Positions 18,377 through 27,128 of a DNA stretch of 41,698 nt are shown here, piece after piece. The position numbers and the translations under genes were made by a program. The stretch is taken from positions 1-41,698 of IMG/VR virus record IMGVR_UViG_3300045988_115336. One strand, 5' to 3'. A model generated the notes under the pieces. That model did no database searches. It worked only from the letters and a program-made list of their open reading frames with translations, and was not told the DNA's origin. The first letter of the stretch is position 1. Every line of letters begins with the position of its first letter. Source of the DNA: a virus.

Positions 18377-18408
18377 TTCGCAATTTAAAAAGATTGCGAA
18401 CTTAAATT
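18376..18408 (+). terminator. Hairpin after the receptor-binding protein gene
   Basis: GTTCGCAAT ttaaaaag ATTGCGAAC is a perfect 9-bp stem; the T tract is weak. Confidence 0.45.
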
Positions 18409-18473
18409 TCCCTATTTTATTGCAAAATCTAACTTTTTTCTATACTATTTATGGTAGAAAGGGGTTGAAAATA

Positions 18474-18704
18474 ATGGATAAAAATTTAAAAGTTGTTTTC
18501 TGGAAAGGGACAACGCCTACAATGTTTGAAGTCGAAGTTAAATACACTAGTGAGGATGTAGAAAAACTTTTCGGTATAACTTATAATGAAGATTTATATG
18601 GATTATTATATTGCGATGAAATTACAGATGGTGAATTTGCATGTAAACTAAAAAAGACTTTCGACTATAAAAATAAGAAAATCATATTAGAAATTGGAAA
18701 CTAA
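18474..18704 (+). CDS. Hypothetical protein (76 aa)
   Basis: An internal ATG with a GAAAGGGG RBS is preferred over the upstream start at 18420. Confidence 0.5.
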   Translation: MDKNLKVVFWKGTTPTMFEVEVKYTSEDVEKLFGITYNEDLYGLLYCDEITDGEFACKLKKTFDYKNKKIILEIGN

Positions 18705-18726
18705 AAAAGTCAATAAGCAAGATCAT

Positions 18727-18760
18727 AAAGAGCAGTTATTAATTTAGCTGCTCTTTTTAT
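18727..18760 (+). terminator. Rho-independent terminator
   Basis: AAAGAGCAG / CTGCTCTTT 9-bp stem followed by a T-rich tail. Confidence 0.6.
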
Positions 18761-18778
18761 ATAAGAAAGGAGTTTTGC

Positions 18779-19012
18779 ATGAATGATGAATGGTTGAAAG
18801 ATACATTAAAAAGACACGATGAAAGACTGCAAAGGCATTCTGAAAGAATAGACAAACTAGAAAATACACAGGCAGAAATGGCAGTAAAAATAGAAAATCT
18901 ATGCAATACAATAGACAAATTAGCAATCAACTTAAACAAACTAACTTATGCAATTATAACAGCATTGGTTAGTTTTTTCTTTTATGCAATTCAAAATAAT
19001 TTATTTAAATAG
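18779..19012 (+). CDS. xhlA: XhlA-like protein (coiled coil plus C-terminal transmembrane segment)
   Basis: The architecture and its position before the holin fit the family. The N-terminal half is coiled-coil-like, and the C-terminus is hydrophobic (LTYAIITALVSFFFYAI). Confidence 0.6.
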   Translation: MNDEWLKDTLKRHDERLQRHSERIDKLENTQAEMAVKIENLCNTIDKLAINLNKLTYAIITALVSFFFYAIQNNLFK

Positions 19013-19025
19013 GAGGTAATAAATT

Positions 19026-19223
19026 ATGAAATTTAATTTAAAAGAACAAATAAAAAACAAAAGTTTTTGGTTATCTGTAACAGCATTATTAGTGTTAACA
19101 GCTCAACAATTTGGATTAGATTTTTTACCTAATAACTTCCAAGATTCTGTTAATTCAGCTTTAACTATATTAGTAGGTATGGGTATAATTACAGACTTTA
19201 AAACTGATGGATTTGGAGAATAA
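19026..19223 (+). CDS. Holin (phi LC3-like family)
   Basis: 65 aa. KNKSFW followed by two hydrophobic segments and GIITD...G, immediately upstream of the endolysin. Confidence 0.7.
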   Translation: MKFNLKEQIKNKSFWLSVTALLVLTAQQFGLDFLPNNFQDSVNSALTILVGMGIITDFKTDGFGE

Positions 19224-19325
19224 AAAGGTATAAACATAAGGCAAATAATTTACAAGGTGCTTAGAAAGCTAACTAGGAGGTCGGGTTTTAAGTACCTTTT
19301 ATAATTTAGAAAGGATTTTGATAAA

Positions 19326-20195
19326 ATGAAAACACAAAATGGATTTACACTATTAGAAAGTGAAAAAGAATTTAAAGAGTGGTTAGATAAACAATATCCA
19401 ACTAGAAAAATAACTAGATTACAAGTACACCATATGGGATTGCCCGATTATTCAACTTGGAATAATACGGATAAAAGAGTTTATGGCGATAATAGAGAAT
19501 TAGGAAGAACAATGGCATTGGATTCTTATGGAAAAACTACGTGGGGGAGTTCTGATGGTTATGGACATTATATAGCACAACACTTCAATATTTTCCCTAA
19601 TGGAAAAGTAACAACAGGAAGAAATCTTAATTCAACTCCAATAGGTATAAAAGGTTGGAATGCTAATGCGATATGTATTGAAATATATGGCAACTTCGAT
19701 ATAGGTCAAGATACAATGACAGAAGAACAAAAGAAAGCTGTTATATTTGTATTTGCATTATTAGCAAAAAAATTTAATCTTCCTATAAATTCTACTTATA
19801 TAAGACCTCATGCTTGGTTTACTAGTGGTGGTACTTGTTTATGGGATTATTATTCAAATAAATCTAGAAAAACTTGTCCAGGTACTAATTTTATGGGATT
19901 CGGGAACACAAGAAAAGCATTTGAAAACAACTTCTATCCATTACTTAAAAAATATAAATATGGATCTAATAATACAACTACTACAGCTAAAACATTATAC
20001 GTAAAAATAAAAGAGGATATAAATATGCATAGTCGCCCAGACTTTACTTCTGCGAGTGTAATAGGAGTTATAAAAAAAGGCGGGGTATATACTGTAGTAG
20101 AAAAAATAGAGAGAACAGATACAGATATGTATAAGTTAAAATCAGGAGTATATATAACAGCATCTCCGAAATATGTAGAAGTTTTCGAAAGATAG
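19326..20195 (+). CDS. Endolysin: N-acetylmuramoyl-L-alanine amidase (Amidase_2/PGRP-like) with a C-terminal SH3-like binding domain
   Basis: VHHMG...ICIEIYGNFD...KTCPGTNF pattern, and its position after the holin. Confidence 0.75.
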   Translation: MKTQNGFTLLESEKEFKEWLDKQYPTRKITRLQVHHMGLPDYSTWNNTDKRVYGDNRELGRTMALDSYGKTTWGSSDGYGHYIAQHFNIFPNGKVTTGRNLNSTPIGIKGWNANAICIEIYGNFDIGQDTMTEEQKKAVIFVFALLAKKFNLPINSTYIRPHAWFTSGGTCLWDYYSNKSRKTCPGTNFMGFGNTRKAFENNFYPLLKKYKYGSNNTTTTAKTLYVKIKEDINMHSRPDFTSASVIGVIKKGGVYTVVEKIERTDTDMYKLKSGVYITASPKYVEVFER

Positions 20196-20244
20196 GTATA
20201 AATATATAACAGAGTGCCTATAATCCTAAAAAGGAGGTAGGTGC

Positions 20245-20328
20245 ATGAATAAAATTATCTTAGAAGTAGCAGGGCGCATTGCATACTTTGGTATTGGTGT
20301 ATTGTGTGCTATGTTGTTCATAGTATAA
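20245..20328 (+). CDS. Small hydrophobic peptide (27 aa)
   Basis: AAAGGAGG RBS 7 nt upstream. It encodes MNKIILEVAGRIAYFGIGVLCAMLFIV. Too short for the ORF track. Confidence 0.4.
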   Translation: MNKIILEVAGRIAYFGIGVLCAMLFIV

Positions 20329-20366
20329 AATAAGGCTAGGGAAGTTATTTTCCTTAGCTTATTTTA

Positions 20367-20412
20367 TGTATAGCATTAACGAACCTATTCATATGCACAT
20401 CAATGCTATACA
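20367..20412. repeat. 46-bp dyad: perfect 11-bp inverted repeats (TGTATAGCATT / AATGCTATACA) around a 24-bp spacer; attP candidate
   Basis: Read directly from the sequence. It lies 6 bp from the integrase stop codon. Confidence 0.45.
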
Positions 20413-20418
20413 TAATAA

Positions 20419-21945
20419 TTATATATTTAGTGTTATTTCTAACTCGAAGTAATCCTCATTGCTGCCTTTTTTACTTTTTTTCTTTTTAGCATAAGTTATT
20501 TCTTTTATAATGCTTTTTAACAATTCGTTTTTTCCTTCTATACTAAGAATATTATAATTTTTTAATACATTTTCTAATTTAGGTATTAGTTTTTTTATTT
20601 TTATAACTTTATCGCTACCAAATTCTTTTTCTAATACTTTTTTATTTTCTTCTAGTATTTTGATTTTATCTTTTATTTTACTGGTCCTATCTTTATAAAC
20701 TTCTATAGTATATACATCTTGTTCTAAAAATGTACAGCATTTTTCAAATTGCTTATTTAGTTTCTCAATTTCTTTTTCAATTCTTTTTAGATCATTGTCT
20801 ACATTTCTTTTTTCTTTTATCGTTTCTTGCTCATAATTATCTACATAATATTCATAATCAGATAACATATTTGATAATGCTTGTAAAATATGTTCTTCAA
20901 CTCTATTTAGATAAGAACCTATATTTTTACATCCAGTAGTAGAACAATATAAGAAATCACCTTGAGAACATCTTCTTTTTACCATGATTCTATTACATTC
21001 AGAGCATCTTATTAGCCCAGCAAGTGGATTACTAAGTGGCAAATCAAAGTTAGATTTATGTTGCTTTCTAGAATTTAATATATCTTGTACCTTTTCAAAT
21101 TTGTGCAAAGGTATAATTGCTTCATGCAGTCCTTTATAATATTCAACATCTTTATTTACTGGTCTAGATTTTTTTACATTACCTTTTGCATCTATATATT
21201 TCTTATATTTTCTTTCTCCATGTTTGAGATATCCAGCTACTACATTGCTTGTTAATATATTTTTTACTGAGTTGTAACTCCATACACGACCACTTCTAGT
21301 AGGATAGCCTCCTTGATTAAGCCTTTTCGCTATTATGCTAGCACCAATATTATCTTCCAGAAACCATTTAAATATTAATTTTACTATATGTGCTTCTTCT
21401 TCGTTGATTGTAAGTTTAAAGCCATTTTCTCCCTCTAATTTCTCCTTGTTATAGCCATAAGGAAGAATAGAGCCTATGTATTTACCTTGTTTTACGGATT
21501 GTTCACGACCTCGTTGCATACGTTTCGTGATAGTTTTATATTCCCTTCTAGACATGAACAGTCCGAAGTCGACCATTTCTTCATCGAACTCATTGTTTGC
21601 AAGGTCATAAGTCTTACTTGGTGTAATTATTTTACATTCCGCAGCAGTAAAGGTACTAGATACAATTTCTTGGTCTATCTTACTACCTCTACATAACCTT
21701 GATAATTCAGTGCAAAAAACACCTTCATATAATCCCTCAGATACTTTTTCTAGTAGGTCCTGCATCTTTGGACGGATAGAAATACTATCTCCAGTTTCTA
21801 TTTCTCGAAATATATTTTCTTCTTCTATCTGTATTTTTAACTTGTCAGCCAATTCCGTTAGCATATTGTAATGATTTTTTAGAACCTTTTCTAATGGAAT
21901 ATCCTTATCATCAGCACGGCTTTTCCTTAAATACATTGCATACAT
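20419..21945 (-). CDS. Large serine recombinase (integrase)
   Basis: N-terminus YLRKSRAD (catalytic Ser context), a resolvase/recombinase-like core, a Cys-rich zinc ribbon (CSECNR...CSTTGC) and a C-terminal coiled coil. Confidence 0.85.
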   Translation of the reverse strand: MYAMYLRKSRADDKDIPLEKVLKNHYNMLTELADKLKIQIEEENIFREIETGDSISIRPKMQDLLEKVSEGLYEGVFCTELSRLCRGSKIDQEIVSSTFTAAECKIITPSKTYDLANNEFDEEMVDFGLFMSRREYKTITKRMQRGREQSVKQGKYIGSILPYGYNKEKLEGENGFKLTINEEEAHIVKLIFKWFLEDNIGASIIAKRLNQGGYPTRSGRVWSYNSVKNILTSNVVAGYLKHGERKYKKYIDAKGNVKKSRPVNKDVEYYKGLHEAIIPLHKFEKVQDILNSRKQHKSNFDLPLSNPLAGLIRCSECNRIMVKRRCSQGDFLYCSTTGCKNIGSYLNRVEEHILQALSNMLSDYEYYVDNYEQETIKEKRNVDNDLKRIEKEIEKLNKQFEKCCTFLEQDVYTIEVYKDRTSKIKDKIKILEENKKVLEKEFGSDKVIKIKKLIPKLENVLKNYNILSIEGKNELLKSIIKEITYAKKKKSKKGSNEDYFELEITLNI

Positions 21946-22010
21946 CTTATTTCCTCCTAATTAAAAAGAGCAGCTGGTAAAACTGCCCTGATGTTTATCT
22001 ATATTATTTA

Positions 22011-22436
22011 TTATTTTAAACTTTGGTGTATATATACATCATTTGCATATGTATTTACTATCTCATTAGCAACTATGTTACCATCTTTTATGCCTTGGAT
22101 AGTTTTATTATCTAATGTAAATGATACGACTTTTTCTTCTTTACCATTATCCATATCTGCAACAGCCCAGTAATCTATTTTATCATACTTATCGCAACCT
22201 TGATTTTTTATAAGATCTTCTACATTATAACCATTTTGGTCGATAGTTAACTTGTTAGTAGTAGAAGGTTTAATTTTAACTTTTATAACTAATCCGTTAT
22301 CATCTGTTTCATTTGATTCTAGATACTCGCCATGTAAAATAGTATATTCTCCCTTATCATTAGAGCCACTGCTGGAGCAACCTGCTACTCCAATACACAT
22401 AATAATACATAGCATTATACTTAATATTTTCTTCAT
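22011..22436 (-). CDS. Prophage lipoprotein (141 aa)
   Basis: AAGGAGAG RBS before the internal Met. The signal peptide ends in the lipobox IGVAGC|SSS. Confidence 0.7.
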   Translation of the reverse strand: MKKILSIMLCIIMCIGVAGCSSSGSNDKGEYTILHGEYLESNETDDNGLVIKVKIKPSTTNKLTIDQNGYNVEDLIKNQGCDKYDKIDYWAVADMDNGKEEKVVSFTLDNKTIQGIKDGNIVANEIVNTYANDVYIHQSLK

Positions 22437-22455
22437 AACTCCCCACTCTCCTTTT

Positions 22456-22566
22456 TTATTTTGCATTAAATCCCGCATTAAATCCAGCTTTAAAACCAGG
22501 CATACCAGCTATAATTATTACTAAAACTACTATAACTAATACCGCAATAATTGCTTTCTTTTTCAT
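22456..22566 (-). CDS. Small single-pass membrane peptide (36 aa)
   Basis: AAGGGGTGA RBS. It encodes MKKKAIIAVLVIVVLVIIIAGMPGFKAGFNAGFNAK. Not in the ORF track because it is under 60 aa. Confidence 0.5.
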   Translation of the reverse strand: MKKKAIIAVLVIVVLVIIIAGMPGFKAGFNAGFNAK

Positions 22567-22826
22567 AATATCACCCCTTAATATTTTTTCTTAAATTGTA
22601 GCAGAAAGCCATATTTATAGCATTACTTTCCAATATAATTTGATAAAAAATTAATTTTTCCCCTATATACATGTAAAATATTCTGAAACACTTTTTTGAC
22701 TTAATGTTTAGTAGTATAATAACATTATAAATATTTCGAAAAAATAATATATATAACTTATAACTTGGTGTATAATATATATAAAGAATAAAATAGAACA
22801 TTTGTTTGCGTTAAGGGGGAATCTAT

Positions 22827-22943
22827 TTGGAAGAAAAGAGTGTATCACTAAAAAACAAAGAAGAGATATTATTAGTAGACGATGAAATATTAGAAGATAT
22901 AATAAAAAAAATGCAAAAACAAGTAGAAAATAAAACTGTGTAA
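22827..22943 (+). CDS. Small acidic hypothetical protein (38 aa, TTG start)
   Basis: AAGGGGGA RBS 6 nt upstream, followed by a hairpin. Weak call. Confidence 0.3.
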   Translation: MEEKSVSLKNKEEILLVDDEILEDIIKKMQKQVENKTV

Positions 22944-22945
22944 AA

Positions 22946-22975
22946 AAGAGGGGCTTAGAATTAAGTCCCTCTTTT
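22946..22975. terminator. Hairpin between convergent genes
   Basis: AGAGGGGCTTA gaat TAAGTCCCTCT (one mismatch) followed by TTTTC. It overlaps the 3' end of the repressor gene. Confidence 0.45.
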
Positions 22976-23299
22976 CATGCTTATTACAAGCCTTATTATG
23001 TTATCAAATTCTTCATCAGATAGCTGGTCTGCCAGTCTAAGCGCTTGTTTTTGCTTTTCTGTTAGATCTTCAATAGGTTTTTTATTTTCATTAATACCTA
23101 GCAAATAATCAACTGTAACATCAAAGAATTTTGCTAGTTTAAATAGAGTATCTGAATCACATTTTCTTCTATTGTTTTCCCAGTTATTGACAGTCTGTTT
23201 ACTCACATTTAGGGCTTTGCCTAAATCTTCTTGCGTAATATCTTTTTCCAGTCGCAATTCCCTCAATATATCTCCTTGTGTTTTACTCATATTTTTCAT
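22961..23299 (-). CDS. cI-like repressor (XRE-family HTH)
   Basis: HTH segment ITQEDLGKALNVSKQTVNNWE; divergent from the cro-like gene. Confidence 0.8.
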   Translation of the reverse strand: MKNMSKTQGDILRELRLEKDITQEDLGKALNVSKQTVNNWENNRRKCDSDTLFKLAKFFDVTVDYLLGINENKKPIEDLTEKQKQALRLADQLSDEEFDNIIRLVISMKRGT

Positions 23300-23448
23300 T
23301 CCTTCCAGTCATTTCCTTCTTATATAATATTCTACTTTATGAATACTATTCCCTCTAAATTATAAAGTAATTATAACATATTTGATTATACGAATAATTG
23401 TTATTTCAAGAAAATATAACAACGCGAAAACTTTTTTTGAAAATACTG

Positions 23449-23477
23449 TTGACAAGTACACGAAACGTATATATAAT
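23449..23477 (+). promoter_or_regulatory. Early rightward promoter (consensus sigma-A type)
   Basis: TTGACA (23449-54), a 17-nt spacer, then TATAAT (23472-77), 33 nt upstream of the cro-like start. Confidence 0.7.
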
Positions 23478-23509
23478 GAAAGTATAAATTAAATCAAGGA
23501 GGTGCAAGA

Positions 23510-23752
23510 ATGAACTTGATGAATTTAAAAATATACAGAAATGTATATGGTTACACTCAAGAAGATTTAGCAAAAGTATTAGGAGTAACTAAAACAAGTT
23601 ACGCAAATAAAGAAACAGGAAGGAGAAAAATAACATTAACCGAAGCTAAGACGATGGCTGATTTATTTGACGTCAGCATAGAAGAACTTTTTTTTAGCCA
23701 CGAAGTCCACATAAAGGATACTCAATCAAGAAAAGTATGCAGTAATTTATAA
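23510..23752 (+). CDS. Cro-like XRE-family HTH regulator
   Basis: YTQEDLAKVLGVTKTSYANKE HTH; AAGGAGGTG RBS. Confidence 0.75.
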   Translation: MNLMNLKIYRNVYGYTQEDLAKVLGVTKTSYANKETGRRKITLTEAKTMADLFDVSIEELFFSHEVHIKDTQSRKVCSNL

Positions 23753-23768
23753 TCAAGGGGGAAATAAC

Positions 23769-24539
23769 ATGGATTACATAAAAGAAATGAATAACTTAGT
23801 AGCAAGTATAGAAGTGAAAGAATACGAAGGACAACCAGTAGTTAGTAGCAGAGAGGTTGCTACTAATTTCAACAAAAGACATTCAGATGTATTGAAAACT
23901 ATAGAAGATAAAATAGAGGTTAACGGAATTTTGCGCTCACCTAAATATTTCATTAAAACTACTTATACTGATAAATCAAACAGACAATCAAAAGAATATC
24001 TTATGACTAGAGATGGATTTTCATTTTTAGTAATGGGCTTTACTGGAGCTAAAGCAGATGAATGGAAACTTAAATATATAGAAGCATTCAACAAAATGGA
24101 AGAAAAAATAAAAAACATAAATCCGTATGCTGGGATGAGTAAAGAATTACAAGCAATATTTGCAATAGATAAAAAACAGCAGCAAATAGAGCAAGATGTA
24201 AAAACAGTTACAGAAGATCTAAAAGATTTTAAAAATAATGCACCATTATTTAGCATAGAGTGTGAAACCTTGCAGAAAGCATTAAGAGGTAAAGTGATAA
24301 AAGAAATGGGTGGTAAAAATGCTCTAGCTTATAAAGATAAATCTATTAGAACAAAGATGTATATAGATGCACAGAATCAGTTAAAAAGAGAGTTTGATGT
24401 ATTAAGTTATAAAGCTATAAAACGTTGCCAGTTAGACGATGCTTTAAAAGTTATAGAAGCCTATAAGCCACCAACTGTTTACAAGGAAGTTATAGACGCA
24501 GTTAACAGACAAATGTTATTAGAAGATACAATTTTATAA
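23769..24539 (+). CDS. Rha-family phage regulatory or antirepressor-like protein
   Basis: N-terminus PVVSSREVATNFNKRHSDVLKTIE, typical of Rha/pRha proteins. Confidence 0.65.
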   Translation: MDYIKEMNNLVASIEVKEYEGQPVVSSREVATNFNKRHSDVLKTIEDKIEVNGILRSPKYFIKTTYTDKSNRQSKEYLMTRDGFSFLVMGFTGAKADEWKLKYIEAFNKMEEKIKNINPYAGMSKELQAIFAIDKKQQQIEQDVKTVTEDLKDFKNNAPLFSIECETLQKALRGKVIKEMGGKNALAYKDKSIRTKMYIDAQNQLKREFDVLSYKAIKRCQLDDALKVIEAYKPPTVYKEVIDAVNRQMLLEDTIL

Positions 24540-24558
24540 TACAAAGGGGGTAATCATT

Positions 24559-24762
24559 ATGGCAGTATACAAAAAAACAGAACATTTCTTTAGAAAAGAG
24601 GTTGAAGAAGTAGCAGATATATTAAGAAACAGAGGATACAAAGAAGAGTGGAGCATCATAACTCCATTTCAATTAGAGATAAAAATGTATCACAAATTGA
24701 AAAATAAATTTGCGATGTTGAGAAAACAAGGTAACAACACAGTAGTTGATTATAGCAGATAG
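24559..24762 (+). CDS. Hypothetical protein
   Basis: ORF with a GGGGG RBS in the early operon. Confidence 0.45.
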   Translation: MAVYKKTEHFFRKEVEEVADILRNRGYKEEWSIITPFQLEIKMYHKLKNKFAMLRKQGNNTVVDYSR

Positions 24763-24774
24763 GAGGGAGGTAAG

Positions 24775-24855
24775 ATGGCAAAATACATAGCAGTAAGTAT
24801 AGTTTTTTCAGTAGGCTTTTTCCTAGGAGCATGGTGGAAAAGTATACACGAATAG
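24775..24855 (+). CDS. Small hydrophobic peptide (26 aa)
   Basis: GGAGGGAGG RBS. It encodes MAKYIAVSIVFSVGFFLGAWWKSIHE. Confidence 0.35.
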   Translation: MAKYIAVSIVFSVGFFLGAWWKSIHE

Positions 24856-24894
24856 GACAAATTTTAGGTAACATATTTTATTAGGGGGTGCAAT

Positions 24895-25077
24895 ATGAAA
24901 GAAAAAATATATCAAAATGGAGGGGTTAAGATAACTGTAAAAAGTCCATTAACACCTTCTAGAGAGAACTTAGAAGCAGTCTACAACGTATGCAACAAGT
25001 TATTTAAAGACAGAAAAGACGAAGAAATATTTTATCAACTAGGGGAATGTAAAAGAAGAAATATGAAAGCTGTATAA
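24895..25077 (+). CDS. Hypothetical protein
   Basis: ORF with a GGGGGTG RBS. Confidence 0.45.
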   Translation: MKEKIYQNGGVKITVKSPLTPSRENLEAVYNVCNKLFKDRKDEEIFYQLGECKRRNMKAV

Positions 25078-25092
25078 AGGAGGGAATAACAA

Positions 25093-25368
25093 ATGACAAA
25101 TCAAGAGTTCAGAGTAAAAGCTTTAGGACTATTCGCTAAGGCAGAATACATCAACGATAATCTAGAATTTGCAAAAATAGGAATGGACCTATCTTTACAA
25201 GTTAACAAAGGTGAAAGCTATTATGCTTTAACAATTTCAATCGAAGAATACAACAAAAAAGTACATTATATAGTGCTTACAAGCGCTGGTTATAATGTAG
25301 CAACAAATCTACACGACATTTCAGACTTGCTAGACAACTATATCGAAGGAATCAAGGAGGTGATATAA
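25093..25368 (+). CDS. Hypothetical protein
   Basis: ORF with an AGGAGGG RBS. Confidence 0.5.
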   Translation: MTNQEFRVKALGLFAKAEYINDNLEFAKIGMDLSLQVNKGESYYALTISIEEYNKKVHYIVLTSAGYNVATNLHDISDLLDNYIEGIKEVI

Positions 25369-25569
25369 ATGACAATGATATGCACACCAGAATACCTAGA
25401 TAGAGCAGCAAAAGAAAATCCAGATATGACTTTTCTTGAATACATGGCAATGTTACAAGTTAGAAGAATAACAGAAGCACAAGAAGAAATGACATTAGAA
25501 GATGTAAAAGAATTTGCACAAATGGAACAAGATTACCGAGACTTAGTTTACGATATGACACACCAATAA
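25369..25569 (+). CDS. Hypothetical protein
   Basis: ORF abutting the upstream stop, with an AGGAGGTG RBS. Confidence 0.5.
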   Translation: MTMICTPEYLDRAAKENPDMTFLEYMAMLQVRRITEAQEEMTLEDVKEFAQMEQDYRDLVYDMTHQ

Positions 25570-25670
25570 AAATTCAATAAAAAATAAGCTCTCTAGAGTA
25601 CCAGTCTAGGGAGCTAACATAACCATACATATTATAAAGTACTTATATTATATCACGAAAGGGGATAAAT

Positions 25671-25976
25671 ATGAAGTTTAATTTACAAGCAGAGGGAGTA
25701 AAACAATCCGACATAAAAACACTAGAACAAAGATTATTCCTAGTTAGATTATACAGAAATGAAAGCGACCCAGAAGGTCGATTAGGTTTCATAGAAGGAG
25801 CAGAATTTGCTTTAAATAACAGAAAAAACATGACAATAGGAGATTTTAAAAGACATTACATAAAAACATATGAAAAAATAGGACAAGTAAAACATGACAG
25901 TTATGAAAGCAGTTTATTATATGCTTTACGACTTAATATAGAAGAATTAGAGATAAATAAGGAAGGTGAATTTTAA
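25671..25976 (+). CDS. Hypothetical protein
   Basis: ORF with an AAAGGGG RBS. Confidence 0.5.
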   Translation: MKFNLQAEGVKQSDIKTLEQRLFLVRLYRNESDPEGRLGFIEGAEFALNNRKNMTIGDFKRHYIKTYEKIGQVKHDSYESSLLYALRLNIEELEINKEGEF

Positions 25977-26173
25977 TGGCAGATATTAAGGGGAGAGATT
26001 GTTGTCGAGGATGCCCTTATTACAGTGAGGGCTGGACTGATTATGGACCATATAACGATTGTAGTTTATTAGGACAAGAATATTTCACACCAGATGGATG
26101 CGAGTTTGTAAATGAAGATGGCAGTGTAAATAAAAAGGAATTAAAAAAATTCAGCAAAGAGATGTATGAATAA
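25976..26173 (+). CDS. Small Cys-rich hypothetical protein
   Basis: Start overlaps the upstream stop. Contains CCRGC...C...C. Confidence 0.45.
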   Translation: MADIKGRDCCRGCPYYSEGWTDYGPYNDCSLLGQEYFTPDGCEFVNEDGSVNKKELKKFSKEMYE

Positions 26174-26193
26174 AAATAAGGAAGGTGAATAAC

Positions 26194-27072
26194 ATGACTA
26201 AAGCAGTACAAGCAAATGATAATGCATTAGCATTAGCTAGTTTTACATTAGAAGGTGGACAAGTTTTAAATGCTGATACAGTTAGAAATTATTTAGTAAG
26301 AGGAAATGGGAATGTAACAGATCAAGAAGTTTTATTTTTCTTGGAGTTATGCAAATCAAGACATTTAAATCCATTGCAAAACGATGCTTATATAATTAAA
26401 TTCGGAAGTCAACCAGCTAACATAATAGTTGGGAAAGATGTGTTTGTTAAAAGAGCAGACCAACATCCGCAATTCGAGGGAATGAGAGCAGGAATATTAG
26501 TAGAAAGAAATAACGAAATGATAGAAATAGAAGGAACTGCAAAACTAAAAAAAGACATAATAGTTGGTGGCTGGTGTGAAGTATATAGAAAAGATAGAAA
26601 GATGCCTATCAAGTCTACAGTAGCTTTTGAAGAATATTCAAAAGGACAAGCTACATGGAAACAAATGCCTGGAGTTATGATAAGAAAATGTGCTATGGTA
26701 TCAGCCTTAAGAGAGGCATTTCCAACAGATTTTCAAGGTATGTATGATAGCGCAGAAATACAAAGTGTACCTGATAAATTACCTACTAAAGAAGTAGTAA
26801 TAGGTAAAGCAACAAGTGAGCAAAAGAGAAAGTTATTAGCAATGGCAGAAGTAAAAGGATTATATAGTCACGAAGATGCTAAAGATACATCAAAGCTTGA
26901 ATATTTCTGCAGCAGTAACGGATATGACCTAAAAGACTTAAAATTCGAAGAAGTGGACGAGCTATTACAACTACTAACAAACTATGAACCAGCACAAGAT
27001 GTAGATTATACAGAAGAACCTATAGAAGAAGATAGCGGACAAATAGAAGGACAGCAAGTAATGGATATGTAG
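26194..27072 (+). CDS. recT: RecT-family single-strand annealing recombinase
   Basis: LNPLQNDAYII...WKQMPGVMIRKCAMVSALREAFP. The ATG after AAGGAAGGTGA is preferred over the GTG at 26185. Confidence 0.8.
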   Translation: MTKAVQANDNALALASFTLEGGQVLNADTVRNYLVRGNGNVTDQEVLFFLELCKSRHLNPLQNDAYIIKFGSQPANIIVGKDVFVKRADQHPQFEGMRAGILVERNNEMIEIEGTAKLKKDIIVGGWCEVYRKDRKMPIKSTVAFEEYSKGQATWKQMPGVMIRKCAMVSALREAFPTDFQGMYDSAEIQSVPDKLPTKEVVIGKATSEQKRKLLAMAEVKGLYSHEDAKDTSKLEYFCSSNGYDLKDLKFEEVDELLQLLTNYEPAQDVDYTEEPIEEDSGQIEGQQVMDM

Positions 27073-27128
27073 CTAGGTTGGGGAGCAATCCCCTTCCTAG
27101 AAAAGTAAAGAAATAAGGAGGCTTGGTA

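Noticed and set aside
19810-20004. 64-aa alternate-frame plus-strand ORF
   Set aside because: It lies inside the amidase endolysin gene and has no independent support.
22571-22801. 76-aa minus-strand ORF
   Set aside because: It lies in a very AT-rich promoter or intergenic region, has no RBS, and has an implausible Ile/Tyr/Phe-rich composition.
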